This document shows positions 36,870 through 46,465 of a stretch of 64,000 nucleotides of DNA, piece by piece (the stretch's first letter is position 1; each line of letters starts with the position of its first letter). The notes below the pieces were generated by a model, which made no database searches, was not told the origin of the DNA, and was given only the letters and a program-made list of their open reading frames with translations. Origin of the DNA: Bacteroidales bacterium (GTDB lineage: Bacteria > Bacteroidota > Bacteroidia > Bacteroidales > F082); assembly GCA_017537965.1 (NCBI GenBank), contig JAFYJV010000021.1, positions 2,132 through 66,131 of the forward strand, written 5' to 3'. The position numbers were made by a program, and so were the translations under genes.

Positions 36870-36952
36870 GGATTTCTATTTTGTTTTACCGTGCAAAAAT
36901 AATCAATATTCTTGAAAAACACAAGAGGAAAAGGCGAAATTCTTTTCAGCCA

Positions 36953-37288
36953 TCAAAACCACTTATCCAGCATCTCCTCCGCCTGTTGATCCATCTCGGG
37001 AGTAACGTATTGGCGGACTTTCCTGAAAGCGATGGCAATCGCAGCCACTTCGTCAGCCCAACCCAAGATAGGATGCCGCTTCTGTGAGATCAGGTTCACG
37101 GGCAAGATCAGATAAGCCAACGCTCCATACACGACCAACTTGGCCGATCTGGGCGTGGTGTCGCTTTTCAAGACATAATACAACAGCAGCGCCTTCTTGG
37201 TGGTATAGCGTCCGAGCCGCTTTGCGCTGTCCTTGATCTTTTCCCATAACGAAGGGAGGTTGAATTCGGAAGTATTGGCGTTTTCCAT
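36953..37288 (-). CDS. DUF1232 (YkvA-like) membrane protein
   Basis: The pattern YVLxxxxTPxxxKxxxxxALAYxxxPxxLI is typical of DUF1232. Confidence 0.7.
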   Translation of the reverse strand: MENANTSEFNLPSLWEKIKDSAKRLGRYTTKKALLLYYVLKSDTTPRSAKLVVYGALAYLILPVNLISQKRHPILGWADEVAAIAIAFRKVRQYVTPEMDQQAEEMLDKWF

Positions 37289-37345
37289 GGTAATCGTTGT
37301 TTAAATTTGGGAGCAAAGATAACGATATTATCGTAACTTTGCAGC

Positions 37346-37621
37346 ATGAAAGCTTATTCAATAAGGATATACGGTCGCGTGTTCAACGTCGGGTTCCGGC
37401 GCTATGTACACCGCTATGCCTTGCAGTGCAACGTCACAGGCTACGTGGAGAACGACCATGCCGACGGCTGCGTCCATATCGAAGCCGAAGGCGAAGAAGC
37501 CGACCTGGTTAGATTCAGCATTCTCTGCGGCGAAGGCACACCCTATTCCAAAGTCCTCGACATGAAGATCGAAGCCAAGGAGGCAACAGGAAAATATGAT
37601 GATTTCCAGCAAATCAGATGA
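37346..37621 (+). CDS. acyP: Acylphosphatase
   Basis: 91 aa with the VxGxVQGVxFR-like motif (IYGRVFNVGFRRY) and GYVENxxDGxV. Confidence 0.8.
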   Translation: MKAYSIRIYGRVFNVGFRRYVHRYALQCNVTGYVENDHADGCVHIEAEGEEADLVRFSILCGEGTPYSKVLDMKIEAKEATGKYDDFQQIR

Positions 37622-38901
37622 TCATGCACATCCTCTCCAAATCGACATACATCAAAGGGCTGCAATGCGAGAAAGCATTGTACATGACCAAGAAGCACCC
37701 CTATCTCCGCGACAAACTCAGCATCGAACAACGGGCCAAGTTCCAGAGAGGCACTGACGTGGGCATCCTGGCACACCAATATTTCCCAGGCGGAGTGAAC
37801 ATGGCTCCCAACTCGCCATCGCAGTTTCCGAAAAAGGTCGTCGAAACCGTGCAAAACCTCAGAAATCCAGCTGTCAATGCGATGTATGAGGCGGTGTTCC
37901 AATACAACGACACCCTGGTAATGGTCGATCTACTGGTGCGCGAAGGCGAACAATGGCGTGCCGTCGAGGTGAAAAGTTCCTTAAAACTATCCCCCACCTA
38001 TTACAACGACGCCGCCCTGCAATACTATGTGCTCAACGGTTGTGGCGTACCCCTCTCTGACTTCCAGTTGATGCACTTGGATCCCGATTACGTCAAGCAA
38101 GGTCCCATCGACGTGAAGCAGCTGTTTAAGCTGGTCTCCGTCATGGATTTCGCCAAGGAGCAGGAAGCCACCATCGCGGCCAATGTAGAGCGCCTGAAAA
38201 ACGTCGTCGCCCTTCCCCATGCCCCGCAAGTGGAAATCGGCCCCCACTGCCACGAACCATACCCTTGCGACTTCCTTGGTCACTGCTGGAAGAACGTACC
38301 GCAAGACGATCCCGACGTCTCCTATACCATCGACTACAAGACGCTGTTTGCCCAGGCACCCAATCCCAAGCCTCGTTCCATAGGCTACCTAAACCTGCTG
38401 CTCTACCGTCCCGCCGTGCCTGAAATAGACGGCACCAATCCCTATCAGGAGATGATGCTTGGCTTTGCCCTCAGTGGAGAGAACGAACCCGACGGACACA
38501 GCATCTGGCATTGTTTCGAGGATCACAGTCGTTGGCACGAAGGCATCGACGTGTTGGAAGAACGCCTCTCACACTACGACCTGGCGGTATGCTTTACGCC
38601 CATTGACATCGCTTCCACGCTGATGCGCCACGACATCCTTCAGAACCAATCCTTCGGCCACAAGATATTCAATCTTTACGAAGTACTCCAAAACGCCCAT
38701 TTGTTACACCCAAAACTCAAATCGGGTTTTAATTTACAACACATCGCGGAGGCATTGTTTCACGATGTCAAACTCTTTGAACACAGTAGGATACTTGTTG
38801 AAGCAACCGCTTTGGAGTTAACAGGTTATGAACAAGCCAAAGATGATTTGCTAACTGAAAACGAAGTGGTTAAGAGAATTTATCAACATTTTTTCAGATA
38901 A
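37618..38901 (+). CDS. DUF2779 protein (PD-(D/E)XK, Cas4/RecB-like nuclease fold with Cys cluster)
   Basis: The N-terminal LSKSxYxxGLQCxKxLY motif and the later CHEPYPCDFLGHC cysteine cluster are typical of DUF2779. ATGA overlap with acyP. Confidence 0.75.
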   Translation: MIMHILSKSTYIKGLQCEKALYMTKKHPYLRDKLSIEQRAKFQRGTDVGILAHQYFPGGVNMAPNSPSQFPKKVVETVQNLRNPAVNAMYEAVFQYNDTLVMVDLLVREGEQWRAVEVKSSLKLSPTYYNDAALQYYVLNGCGVPLSDFQLMHLDPDYVKQGPIDVKQLFKLVSVMDFAKEQEATIAANVERLKNVVALPHAPQVEIGPHCHEPYPCDFLGHCWKNVPQDDPDVSYTIDYKTLFAQAPNPKPRSIGYLNLLLYRPAVPEIDGTNPYQEMMLGFALSGENEPDGHSIWHCFEDHSRWHEGIDVLEERLSHYDLAVCFTPIDIASTLMRHDILQNQSFGHKIFNLYEVLQNAHLLHPKLKSGFNLQHIAEALFHDVKLFEHSRILVEATALELTGYEQAKDDLLTENEVVKRIYQHFFR

Positions 38902-39012
38902 AACCCTGTTTATAACTCACACCGTTTTTCCTGTTGATAAGTTTGGATATGTTATAAATTTGCTTCAGCAAAAAGAGCTGTTTTCTACACTTTTTAATTC
39001 GAGATACACAAC

Positions 39013-40569
39013 ATGCCTACCGATACTATCACCAGACCGTTTTCCAACAATTTACAGAGGAGAACGGCAGCCACTCCCGACCAACTTTTAGCCAATCAAG
39101 GACGCATTCCACCCCAAGCCGTTGACTTGGAAGAGGTGGTTTTGGGTGCCTTGATGCTCGAAAAAGAAGCCGTCAACGAAGTCATCGATATTTTGACGCC
39201 CGAAGCCTTTTACAAGGAATCACACCAGAAGATCTTCAAGGCCATCAAGGACCTGTTTGGGAAGTCGGAACCCATCGACATCCTCACGGTTACCAATGAG
39301 CTGAAGCAGACGGGAGAGCTGGAGTCGGTAGGCGGTGCCTATTACATATCGAAACTCACCAACCGCGTCGTGTCGGCTGCCAATATCGAGTACCACGCGC
39401 GCATCATCATGCAGAAGCACATCCAGCGCGAGCTCATCGTCATCTCGTCTGAGACCATCAACCAAGCCTTCGAGGACACCACCGATGTGTTCGACCTGCT
39501 CGACAACGCCGAGAACAAGCTGTTTCAGGTGAGCGAAAACAACCTGCGCCGCAGCTACAACTCAATGCAAGACTTGGTGAACAAGGCCATCACGGAGATT
39601 CAAAACGCCAAGAACAGCGACCAGAAACTGCGCGGCGTGCCTTCGGGCTACACCGAGCTGGACCGCATCACGCAAGGCTGGCAAAAGTCGGACCTCATCA
39701 TCCTGGCAGCACGTCCCTCCATGGGTAAGACCGCCTTTGCGCTCAACTTGGCCCGCAATGCCGCCGTCGATTTCAAAAAGCCCGTCGCTTTCTTCTCCCT
39801 TGAGATGTCGTCGGTGCAGCTCGTCACCCGTCTGATCTCCACCGAGACTTCGCTCACCGCCGACAAGCTCCGCTCGGGCGACCTGGCGGAACACGAGTGG
39901 CAACAGCTGAACACCAAGGTCACGCCGCTCATCGACGCGCCTATCTTCATCGACGACACCCCACAGCTCTCCGTCTTCGAGCTCAGGGCCAAATGTCGCC
40001 GGCTGAAACAGCAGCACGACATCCAGATGATCTTCATCGATTACCTGCAGCTGATGACCGCTCGCACCGAACGAGGCGGCAACCGTGAGCAGGAGATCTC
40101 CATGATATCAAGATCGCTCAAAGCCCTTGCCAAGGAGCTGGAGATCCCCGTCCTCGCACTTTCGCAGCTGAGCCGTAACGTGGAACAGCGCCCCGGATCC
40201 AAGAAACCCATCCTCTCCGACCTTCGTGAGTCGGGCGCCATCGAGCAGGATGCCGACATGGTCATGTTCATTTACCGTCCGGAGTATTACAAGAACGAAG
40301 CTGAGAATCCCGATCTGCCGCAAGGCTTCACCTGCATCGACATCGCCAAGCACCGTAACGGCAAACTGGGTGAGGTCAACCTGCGCTTCATCGGCCAATA
40401 TGCCCGTTTCGAGGAATTCGGACAGGATCGACTCTCCTCCTCCGACGAGATCACACTCGGTCCCAATCCCAATTTCAACAACACCATGATCATCGGCTCC
40501 AGGATGAACGACGACGAACCGTTCGGGCCGCGGCCGTCAATCACTGAAGACTATAACCCACCGTTTTAA
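39013..40569 (+). CDS. dnaB: Replicative DNA helicase DnaB
   Basis: DnaB N-domain (PPQAVDLEEVVLGALM) and Walker A ARPSMGKTAF. It carries a C-terminal extension of about 55 aa. Confidence 0.95.
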   Translation: MPTDTITRPFSNNLQRRTAATPDQLLANQGRIPPQAVDLEEVVLGALMLEKEAVNEVIDILTPEAFYKESHQKIFKAIKDLFGKSEPIDILTVTNELKQTGELESVGGAYYISKLTNRVVSAANIEYHARIIMQKHIQRELIVISSETINQAFEDTTDVFDLLDNAENKLFQVSENNLRRSYNSMQDLVNKAITEIQNAKNSDQKLRGVPSGYTELDRITQGWQKSDLIILAARPSMGKTAFALNLARNAAVDFKKPVAFFSLEMSSVQLVTRLISTETSLTADKLRSGDLAEHEWQQLNTKVTPLIDAPIFIDDTPQLSVFELRAKCRRLKQQHDIQMIFIDYLQLMTARTERGGNREQEISMISRSLKALAKELEIPVLALSQLSRNVEQRPGSKKPILSDLRESGAIEQDADMVMFIYRPEYYKNEAENPDLPQGFTCIDIAKHRNGKLGEVNLRFIGQYARFEEFGQDRLSSSDEITLGPNPNFNNTMIIGSRMNDDEPFGPRPSITEDYNPPF

Positions 40570-40573
40570 AGAC

Positions 40574-40608
40574 GTATTCTAACTTCTTTCTTCTGACTTC
40601 TTCATTCT
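40574..40608. repeat. Heptamer tract (nnnTTCT x5; AGAAnnn on the minus strand)
   Basis: GTATTCT AACTTCT TTCTTCT GACTTCT TCATTCT, starting 5 nt after the dnaB stop. Confidence 0.7.
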
Positions 40609-40681
40609 AAGAAAAAAATTCCTATCTTTGCAGTCCCAAAGATAAAGGATTTTTATTTAAATAACTGAAATATAGATTTTT

Positions 40682-41620
40682 ATGAAAAAATTAGCCGTTA
40701 TTGCTTTCGGTGGTAACGCCCTTCTGAGAGGCGGACAAAGAGGAACTTACAGGGAACAGATGCAGAATGTGACTGAGACTTGCCAGTCGCTGCTGCCATT
40801 CCTGAAAAACGATTACAACCTGGTCATCGGCCATGGCAATGGTCCCCAGGTGGGCAACGTGATGCTTCAAAACGAAGCAGGAAACCAAGTGTTCAATGTG
40901 CCGGACATGCCTATCGACTTCTGCGTCGCCGAGACCCAAGGCCTGATCGGTTTCATGATCGAGATGGGATTGGACAAGGTCTTTGCCAAGGAAGGCATGA
41001 AACGCAATGTCGTCACTTTGGTGACCCAAGTCATTGTTGACAAGGACGACCCGATGTTCCAGAACCCCACCAAGCCCGTGGGCCCCTATTATACCAAGGA
41101 ACAAGCCGAGCAATATGCTGCCGAGACAGGTGCTGTCTATAAGGAAGACCCCAAGGGTCGCGGCTGGCGCAAGGTCGTTGCTTCTCCCAAGCCTATCGGC
41201 ATCCAGAACATTGACATCGTGAAGCGTCTCGCCAACGAGGGCAACATCGTCGTCACCGTGGGTGGAGGCGGCATCCCCGTCATCGAGAAGAAAGGCTGCC
41301 TCTGCGGTGTTGAAGCCGTCATCGACAAGGACCTCGCCTCGGCCATGACCGCCATCCAGATCCAAGCCGACGAGTTCTACATCCTCACCGACGTGCCGAA
41401 GGTGTATATCAACTTCCGCAAGGAGAACGAGCAGGCGCTGAACACCATCACTGTGGCCGAGGCTAAGAAACACCTCGCCGACGGTCAATTCACCGAAGGC
41501 AGCATGGCTCCCAAGGTTCGCGCTGCCATCCTCTTCGTCGAAGCCACCGGTCACCAAGCCATCATCACCGAGGCCACCAGCCTCACCGACCCGACATGCG
41601 GCACCAGAATCGTCCCGTAA
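40682..41620 (+). CDS. arcC: Carbamate kinase
   Basis: VIAFGGNAL, GHGNGPQVG and the C-terminal GSMxPKV motifs. Confidence 0.9.
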   Translation: MKKLAVIAFGGNALLRGGQRGTYREQMQNVTETCQSLLPFLKNDYNLVIGHGNGPQVGNVMLQNEAGNQVFNVPDMPIDFCVAETQGLIGFMIEMGLDKVFAKEGMKRNVVTLVTQVIVDKDDPMFQNPTKPVGPYYTKEQAEQYAAETGAVYKEDPKGRGWRKVVASPKPIGIQNIDIVKRLANEGNIVVTVGGGGIPVIEKKGCLCGVEAVIDKDLASAMTAIQIQADEFYILTDVPKVYINFRKENEQALNTITVAEAKKHLADGQFTEGSMAPKVRAAILFVEATGHQAIITEATSLTDPTCGTRIVP

Positions 41621-41635
41621 GAAAGAAACAAAACA

Positions 41636-42001
41636 ATGCATACCATGAAAAAAGGATTTCTCATGATGGCCTTGAGCCTGATGCTTAGCTTAGGCTTCAC
41701 CGCCTGCAACAACGCTCCGCTCACTGGCACATGGATTGAACCCGCCGACGAGAACAGCGTCTTCGGCGAGACCGGATTCACCCTCCAAAAAGACGGCACC
41801 GTGATTCCGATCAACATGGGTTACCGCGAATACAACGCATGGGAGAAGGTCGGCGACCAACTGATCCTCAAAGGCAACTACACGGGCACCAACCCACGCG
41901 AATTTGCCGACACGATGTGGATTGACGAAGTGACCAAGGAACACCTGATGCTGAAGGATCTGGGGAACTATTCTGTCACTTACCAGAGGAAGCTAGAATA
42001 G
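41636..42001 (+). CDS. Small lipoprotein (lipocalin-like)
   Basis: Lipobox LSLGFTAC followed by the LTGTWIEP motif. Its 3' end overlaps the convergent ATPase gene by 26 nt. Confidence 0.65.
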   Translation: MHTMKKGFLMMALSLMLSLGFTACNNAPLTGTWIEPADENSVFGETGFTLQKDGTVIPINMGYREYNAWEKVGDQLILKGNYTGTNPREFADTMWIDEVTKEHLMLKDLGNYSVTYQRKLE

Positions 42002-44774
42002 CAGGTGCGTCATTGCGAGGAGTGAAACGAAGAATACGTCCCGCCTCTCCTACCCAAAGGATAACGGAAGTGCCCAGGATAATTCGAAGCCAGTCACCCA
42101 GCGGAAGCGGCACCACTTCGAACATAGCTCCTCCAAAAGTGACAATGAGGATCTGTCCAACAAGAATGATAGCCAAGGTCAAACAAAAGCCCTTGGCTAT
42201 GTTTTTTGCAAACAATCCATGGAATGCCGACCGTCCCGACATGAAAGCCTTGGCATTGAAGATATTCCAAAACTGCATGAACACGAAGATAGTGAAGAAC
42301 AGCGTGAGTTCGTAAGGCGATATTCCCTTGTGGACGTGATTGAAGTTGAAGTAATTACCGAAATATTCTCGCATAGAGAAATCCGCCAAGGAAGTCAAAT
42401 CAACATGTTTGAAATACTGAATCAGGCCAAAGAGCACGATCACGAAGAACGATCCAACGCCAAAAATGCGGTTGGCCATACCACGGTTGATAATGTAGGC
42501 ATTACGTGAACGGGGTTTCTCCTGCATCACCTTCCTGTCAGGCGGCAGCGAAGCCAAGGCTAAGGCCGCGAAGGTATCCATGATCAAGTTGACCCACAGC
42601 ATCTGCGTCACTGTCAGCGGCGACTCCGTTCCCAGCAAGGCCCCCAGCAACACAATCAGGCAAGCCGCCACGTTGATGGTCATCTGAAACAGGATAAAGC
42701 GTTGGATATTATGGTATAGTGAACGTCCCCAGACAACGGCGCGGGCAATGCTATGAAATGAATTGTCGAGAATGGTGATGTCGCTAGCTTCTTTGGCTAC
42801 AGAAGTTCCATCGCCCATGGAGAGTCCTATCTGAGCCGCGTTCAAGGCAGGGGCGTCGTTGGTGCCGTCGCCTGTGACAGCCACCACCTCTCCATTCTGT
42901 TGAAGCAGACACACCAGCCTTTCCTTGTCCATGGGACGAGCCCTTGACATGATCTTGATGTCACCAATTCTTTCCAACAGATCTTCATCGCTCATCTTGC
43001 CGAATTCTTTCCCTGTGATCAAGTTCTTTTCATCCGTGTCCTCCTCGGTCCACAAGCCAATCTGTCGGCCGATCTCCTTGGCTGTACCAGAGGTATCGCC
43101 CGTGACAATCTTGACGTTGATACCCGCCGCAATGCATTCCCTAATGGCATCGGGCACATCTTCACGGACAGGATCCGAGATGGCTGCAGTACCCAGATAG
43201 CAAAGATCTTCCGTGGCCAGCTTCTCGCCATCGAATATCCCCTCAAGATCATTTCGATCAATGTAACGATAAGCAAATCCCAGAGTGCGCATCGCCTGAT
43301 TCTGACAGCGAAGCAGATGTTCTTCCACCATTGCCTGATACGGGACCAGGTCCTCTTCGCCCTCCTGCATCCTAATCTTTGAGCAATGCTTCAATACCAG
43401 TTCAGGAGCGCCTTTCACATACATCAGCAACAACTCGGGATCGTCCGTGCCGACAACAGTAGCCATGTACTTGTATTTCGTTGAGAAAGGCACTTGCTTG
43501 ACGATCTTGGTGTGATCGCGGTAGCTGATGAAATCCACATTCCGCTTGAACAACCACATCAACAATGCCGCCTCAGTAGGATTGCCCACCGACTTGACAT
43601 CCTGTTTGCTGGAGAAGTCGAGAAACGCCGTTGAGTTCATCGCGATGCCTTCCTTGACCAGCATGGAAGTCTGTGAGTCATCGAGCTTGTTGTCGTGCAA
43701 TCCATAAATTTTGAATTCGTTGACGCTCATCTTGTTTTGGGTCAGGGTGCCCGTCTTGTCAGTACAGATCACTGTGGATGCACCCATGGTCTCGCAGGCA
43801 TGCATCTTGCGCACCAGGTTGTTCGTTTCAAGCATCCTTTTCATGCTCAAGGCAAGACTCAGCGTAACGCTCATCGGAAGACCTTCAGGAACAGCGACCA
43901 CAATCAGCGTAATGGCGATCATGATAGTGTTCAAAAGGTATCTCGCAAAGTCCATCCATTCGAAGGGTTGGCAGTCGTCGATGACAAGATACATCAACAG
44001 TCTGAAGCCAATGATCAAGCCGGCAAGGACATAGCTGACGATGGTGATTGCGTGTCCAAGCTTGTCGAGTTGTTCATTTAGAGGTGTCTTTATCTTGTTG
44101 TCGATCTGCGCACCTCGATACACCTTGCCCCATTCCGTGGCGTCACCCACCTTGTCCACCACCATGATGCCATGACCGTCGATGACCGTGCATCCTCGAC
44201 ACACGTAGTTGGAAGGATAGGTAGCTTCATGGTCAAACTCCTCTTCCACCACCGTCTTATGTGCCATAGGTTCACCTGTCAAGGCCGACTCGTTGATTTG
44301 CAATGCTATCGCCTCTTTCAAGATGCCATCGGCGGGGACCTCATCTCCTGGATTGATAAACACCATGTCGCCTACCACTACATCTTTCCGCTCTATTTGT
44401 GTAATGAGGCCGTCGCGCATCACTGTCACTTTCTCCTCATCCTTTGCTTTGTTGAGGATGTCGAACTTACGGTTGGCGCTAAGCTCGAATGCAAATCCCA
44501 CGCAAGTGGCCAGCATCACCGCGATGAAGATGCCTAACGGTTCCAGCAGAATCCTTGCATCAGCCACACCCGTGAAATACTGGTATATCGACACCGCCAC
44601 CGACAGTATCAAGGTGATGAGCAAGATACGGATGATGGGATCCTTGAACTTTTCAAGGAATAGCCGCCACACCGGCTCCTTTTTTGGCGGAGTCAGCAGG
44701 TTGTTTCCGTGTTCGAGACGACTTTTCTCGACTTGTTCGGAAGTGAGGCCTTTCTTTATGTCGTTAGGATCCAT
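41976..44774 (-). CDS. Calcium-translocating P-type ATPase (PMCA type)
   Basis: DKTGTLT phosphorylation site, TGDGTNDAPAL and 10 TM segments. 932 aa. Confidence 0.9.
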   Translation of the reverse strand: MDPNDIKKGLTSEQVEKSRLEHGNNLLTPPKKEPVWRLFLEKFKDPIIRILLITLILSVAVSIYQYFTGVADARILLEPLGIFIAVMLATCVGFAFELSANRKFDILNKAKDEEKVTVMRDGLITQIERKDVVVGDMVFINPGDEVPADGILKEAIALQINESALTGEPMAHKTVVEEEFDHEATYPSNYVCRGCTVIDGHGIMVVDKVGDATEWGKVYRGAQIDNKIKTPLNEQLDKLGHAITIVSYVLAGLIIGFRLLMYLVIDDCQPFEWMDFARYLLNTIMIAITLIVVAVPEGLPMSVTLSLALSMKRMLETNNLVRKMHACETMGASTVICTDKTGTLTQNKMSVNEFKIYGLHDNKLDDSQTSMLVKEGIAMNSTAFLDFSSKQDVKSVGNPTEAALLMWLFKRNVDFISYRDHTKIVKQVPFSTKYKYMATVVGTDDPELLLMYVKGAPELVLKHCSKIRMQEGEEDLVPYQAMVEEHLLRCQNQAMRTLGFAYRYIDRNDLEGIFDGEKLATEDLCYLGTAAISDPVREDVPDAIRECIAAGINVKIVTGDTSGTAKEIGRQIGLWTEEDTDEKNLITGKEFGKMSDEDLLERIGDIKIMSRARPMDKERLVCLLQQNGEVVAVTGDGTNDAPALNAAQIGLSMGDGTSVAKEASDITILDNSFHSIARAVVWGRSLYHNIQRFILFQMTINVAACLIVLLGALLGTESPLTVTQMLWVNLIMDTFAALALASLPPDRKVMQEKPRSRNAYIINRGMANRIFGVGSFFVIVLFGLIQYFKHVDLTSLADFSMREYFGNYFNFNHVHKGISPYELTLFFTIFVFMQFWNIFNAKAFMSGRSAFHGLFAKNIAKGFCLTLAIILVGQILIVTFGGAMFEVVPLPLGDWLRIILGTSVILWVGEAGRILRFTPRNDAPAILASSGK

Positions 44775-45548
44775 TTATGCCATTTGGCCTTGCAGCAGGA
44801 AGGTGACGTCGGTGTTCGGTTCGATCTCGATGGCTTCCTTGCCATATTGCATGACGATCATCTTCTTGCCTCCCTTGAGCATCATCTTGCCATCGGTCAC
44901 CCACAGCGAGGTAGCCTCACGAAGTCCGACCACCACCATCTTTTGGTTGACGGCCAGGTATTCGTTGATACGGTCTTGGCGTGTCTCGCCGCCATGTTTG
45001 ATCATCTTGTCGATCTCAGGATGCGGATCCAGATAGTGAGGGTTGATCTGGAAAGGAACCAGGTTCAATGTCTTGAACGAGGCCGGTTGCACGATAGGCA
45101 TGTCGTTGGTGGTGCATAGTGTGGGGCAAGCCACGTTGCTGCCGGCACTCCAGCCGATGTATGGCACGCCAGCTAGGGCACGTTCACGAATGGCATCCAT
45201 CAAGCCGTATTTGTGCATCTCCGCTACCAGATGGAATGTGTTGCCTCCGCCCACGACGATACAGTCCGCTTCTTTCACTGCGGCCACTTTGTCCTCAAAA
45301 TGATGCACCGAGGTGAAATCCGTGAAGCCGAACTTCTCGAAGAACACCTTTTGAACGCGTGCTTCGTATGCATCGTAGCTGTCGGGATAGGCTTTTCCAG
45401 CGATGTTTACGCCGGCGAAAGGCACGAAGACGATTTTGCTGTTAGGATTCAGGTTGTTTTGCAGGCAGAAGTATTCGATCTGGTTACATGCCCAAGCCAG
45501 ATAGGTCTCCCCAAAGTTGGTGGAGTTGCTGATAAGAAGGAGTCTCAT
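44775..45548 (-). CDS. pepE: Peptidase E (S51 family dipeptidase)
   Basis: MRLLLISNS..., GGGNTF and GWSAGSN motifs. Its stop directly abuts the ATPase ATG. Confidence 0.8.
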   Translation of the reverse strand: MRLLLISNSTNFGETYLAWACNQIEYFCLQNNLNPNSKIVFVPFAGVNIAGKAYPDSYDAYEARVQKVFFEKFGFTDFTSVHHFEDKVAAVKEADCIVVGGGNTFHLVAEMHKYGLMDAIRERALAGVPYIGWSAGSNVACPTLCTTNDMPIVQPASFKTLNLVPFQINPHYLDPHPEIDKMIKHGGETRQDRINEYLAVNQKMVVVGLREATSLWVTDGKMMLKGGKKMIVMQYGKEAIEIEPNTDVTFLLQGQMA

Positions 45549-45676
45549 GTTGTAATTGTGTTAAGTTTGCGCAAAAATACGGAAACTTTTCTTCCCTGTC
45601 AAGCGGCAGGCATCATCGTTTCGCAGCGATCGATAATCTAATTGGCGTCTTTGAAATAAACTTTCCCAGTTCTTTT

Positions 45677-46267
45677 CTAATTCTCTCTCTTAACCCGTTT
45701 CACCGTATGTTTGATCTTACCAATCACAAAGTTAAGTTCCAATGTTGATTCAGTTTCGGCAGTATTTAGCTCTGGCATCACAATATCGGAAAGAACCTCT
45801 CCGAAGTGCTTCATTTTGGAGGCTTGCTTTTGTTTATCAACCTCTTTGTGAAGTTCAACAAGTTCTCTCTTTATGGCTCTAACCTTGGCAAAGGTCTCAA
45901 TTATAGCAAAGGTTACGTCTGTTGCCCTATCGCTTTTTAGAACAGTGGCTAGCATATAAAGTCCTTTTTCAGTAAACACTTTTGTCGCCGAACGGCTCTT
46001 CGATGACACATTTGTGGTCGAAATTTTCGACCGCAAAAGTCGTAACTCACTCTTAGTCAGCTCAAACATATAATCTGTTGGAAACTTGTTCGGGTTGTTC
46101 TTCACCGCTTCATTGATTCTTCGTGTTTCAACATCATACAATTCAGCCACGTCAGCATCGGCAATCACCGGATTACCTCGTATGACAGCAATTTTTGCCT
46201 CAACATCGGATTCGTTTATCAAAACGAGACTATTCTCTCTTGAAATAGGCGGTTTTTTGTTTTTCAT
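45677..46267 (-). CDS. ORF6N (KilA-N-like) DNA-binding domain protein
   Basis: IRGxxVIxDxDVAELYxVETRRINEAVKNNxxKFP is typical of the ORF6N domain. AT-rich gene between pepE and uvrB. Start at 46267. Confidence 0.75.
   Translation of the reverse strand: MKNKKPPISRENSLVLINESDVEAKIAVIRGNPVIADADVAELYDVETRRINEAVKNNPNKFPTDYMFELTKSELRLLRSKISTTNVSSKSRSATKVFTEKGLYMLATVLKSDRATDVTFAIIETFAKVRAIKRELVELHKEVDKQKQASKMKHFGEVLSDIVMPELNTAETESTLELNFVIGKIKHTVKRVKREN
46011..46038. repeat. Internal copy of the ORF6N palindrome
   Basis: TTTGTGGTCGAAATTTTCGACCGCAAAA lies inside the ORF6N coding sequence, with a 17-bp perfect dyad core GGTCGAAATTTTCGACC. Confidence 0.8.
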
Positions 46268-46295
46268 AATATATTGATTATTAGCGTTATACATG

Positions 46296-46324
46296 TTTTG
46301 CGGTCGAAAATTTCGACCGCAAAA
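46296..46324. promoter_or_regulatory. 29-bp perfect palindrome upstream of the ORF6N gene (candidate operator)
   Basis: TTTTGCGGTCGAAA-A-TTTCGACCGCAAAA lies 29 nt upstream of the ATG at 46267. Confidence 0.5.
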
Positions 46325-46440
46325 CGAATTATTTAAACCGCAAATATATAGAAATTATTTAAACTAAACTAGACAAATAATGTTTTTCTACCGAAAAACG
46401 CTTACTTTTGCCTTTAAAATAATCAACGCAACTTCCCACA

Positions 46441-46465
46441 AAAACCATAGACGACATCTATGGTT
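46441..46465 (-). terminator. uvrB terminator
   Basis: CCATAG-ATGTCGT-CTATGG followed by T5 on the minus strand. It overlaps the uvrB stop codon. Confidence 0.6.

Noticed and set aside
40691-41641. Long antisense or shadow ORFs in GC-rich genes (40691-41641, 20750-21763, 50477-51625, 33192-33932, 59533-60129, 60689-61603, 22269-22907, and the 5' part of 52668-54290)
   Set aside because: Each lies opposite to, or out of frame with, a gene that has clear family motifs (arcC, kinase, mutL, mpl, C69 peptidase, permease, S9 peptidase, FecCD permease). Their products are low-complexity and R/G/H/V-rich.
41976-42001. 26-nt 3' overlap of convergent genes as evidence of a mis-called gene
   Set aside because: Both ORFs have credible features up to their ends (lipoprotein signal; complete P-type ATPase). 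Short convergent overlaps occur naturally, so I left both as called.
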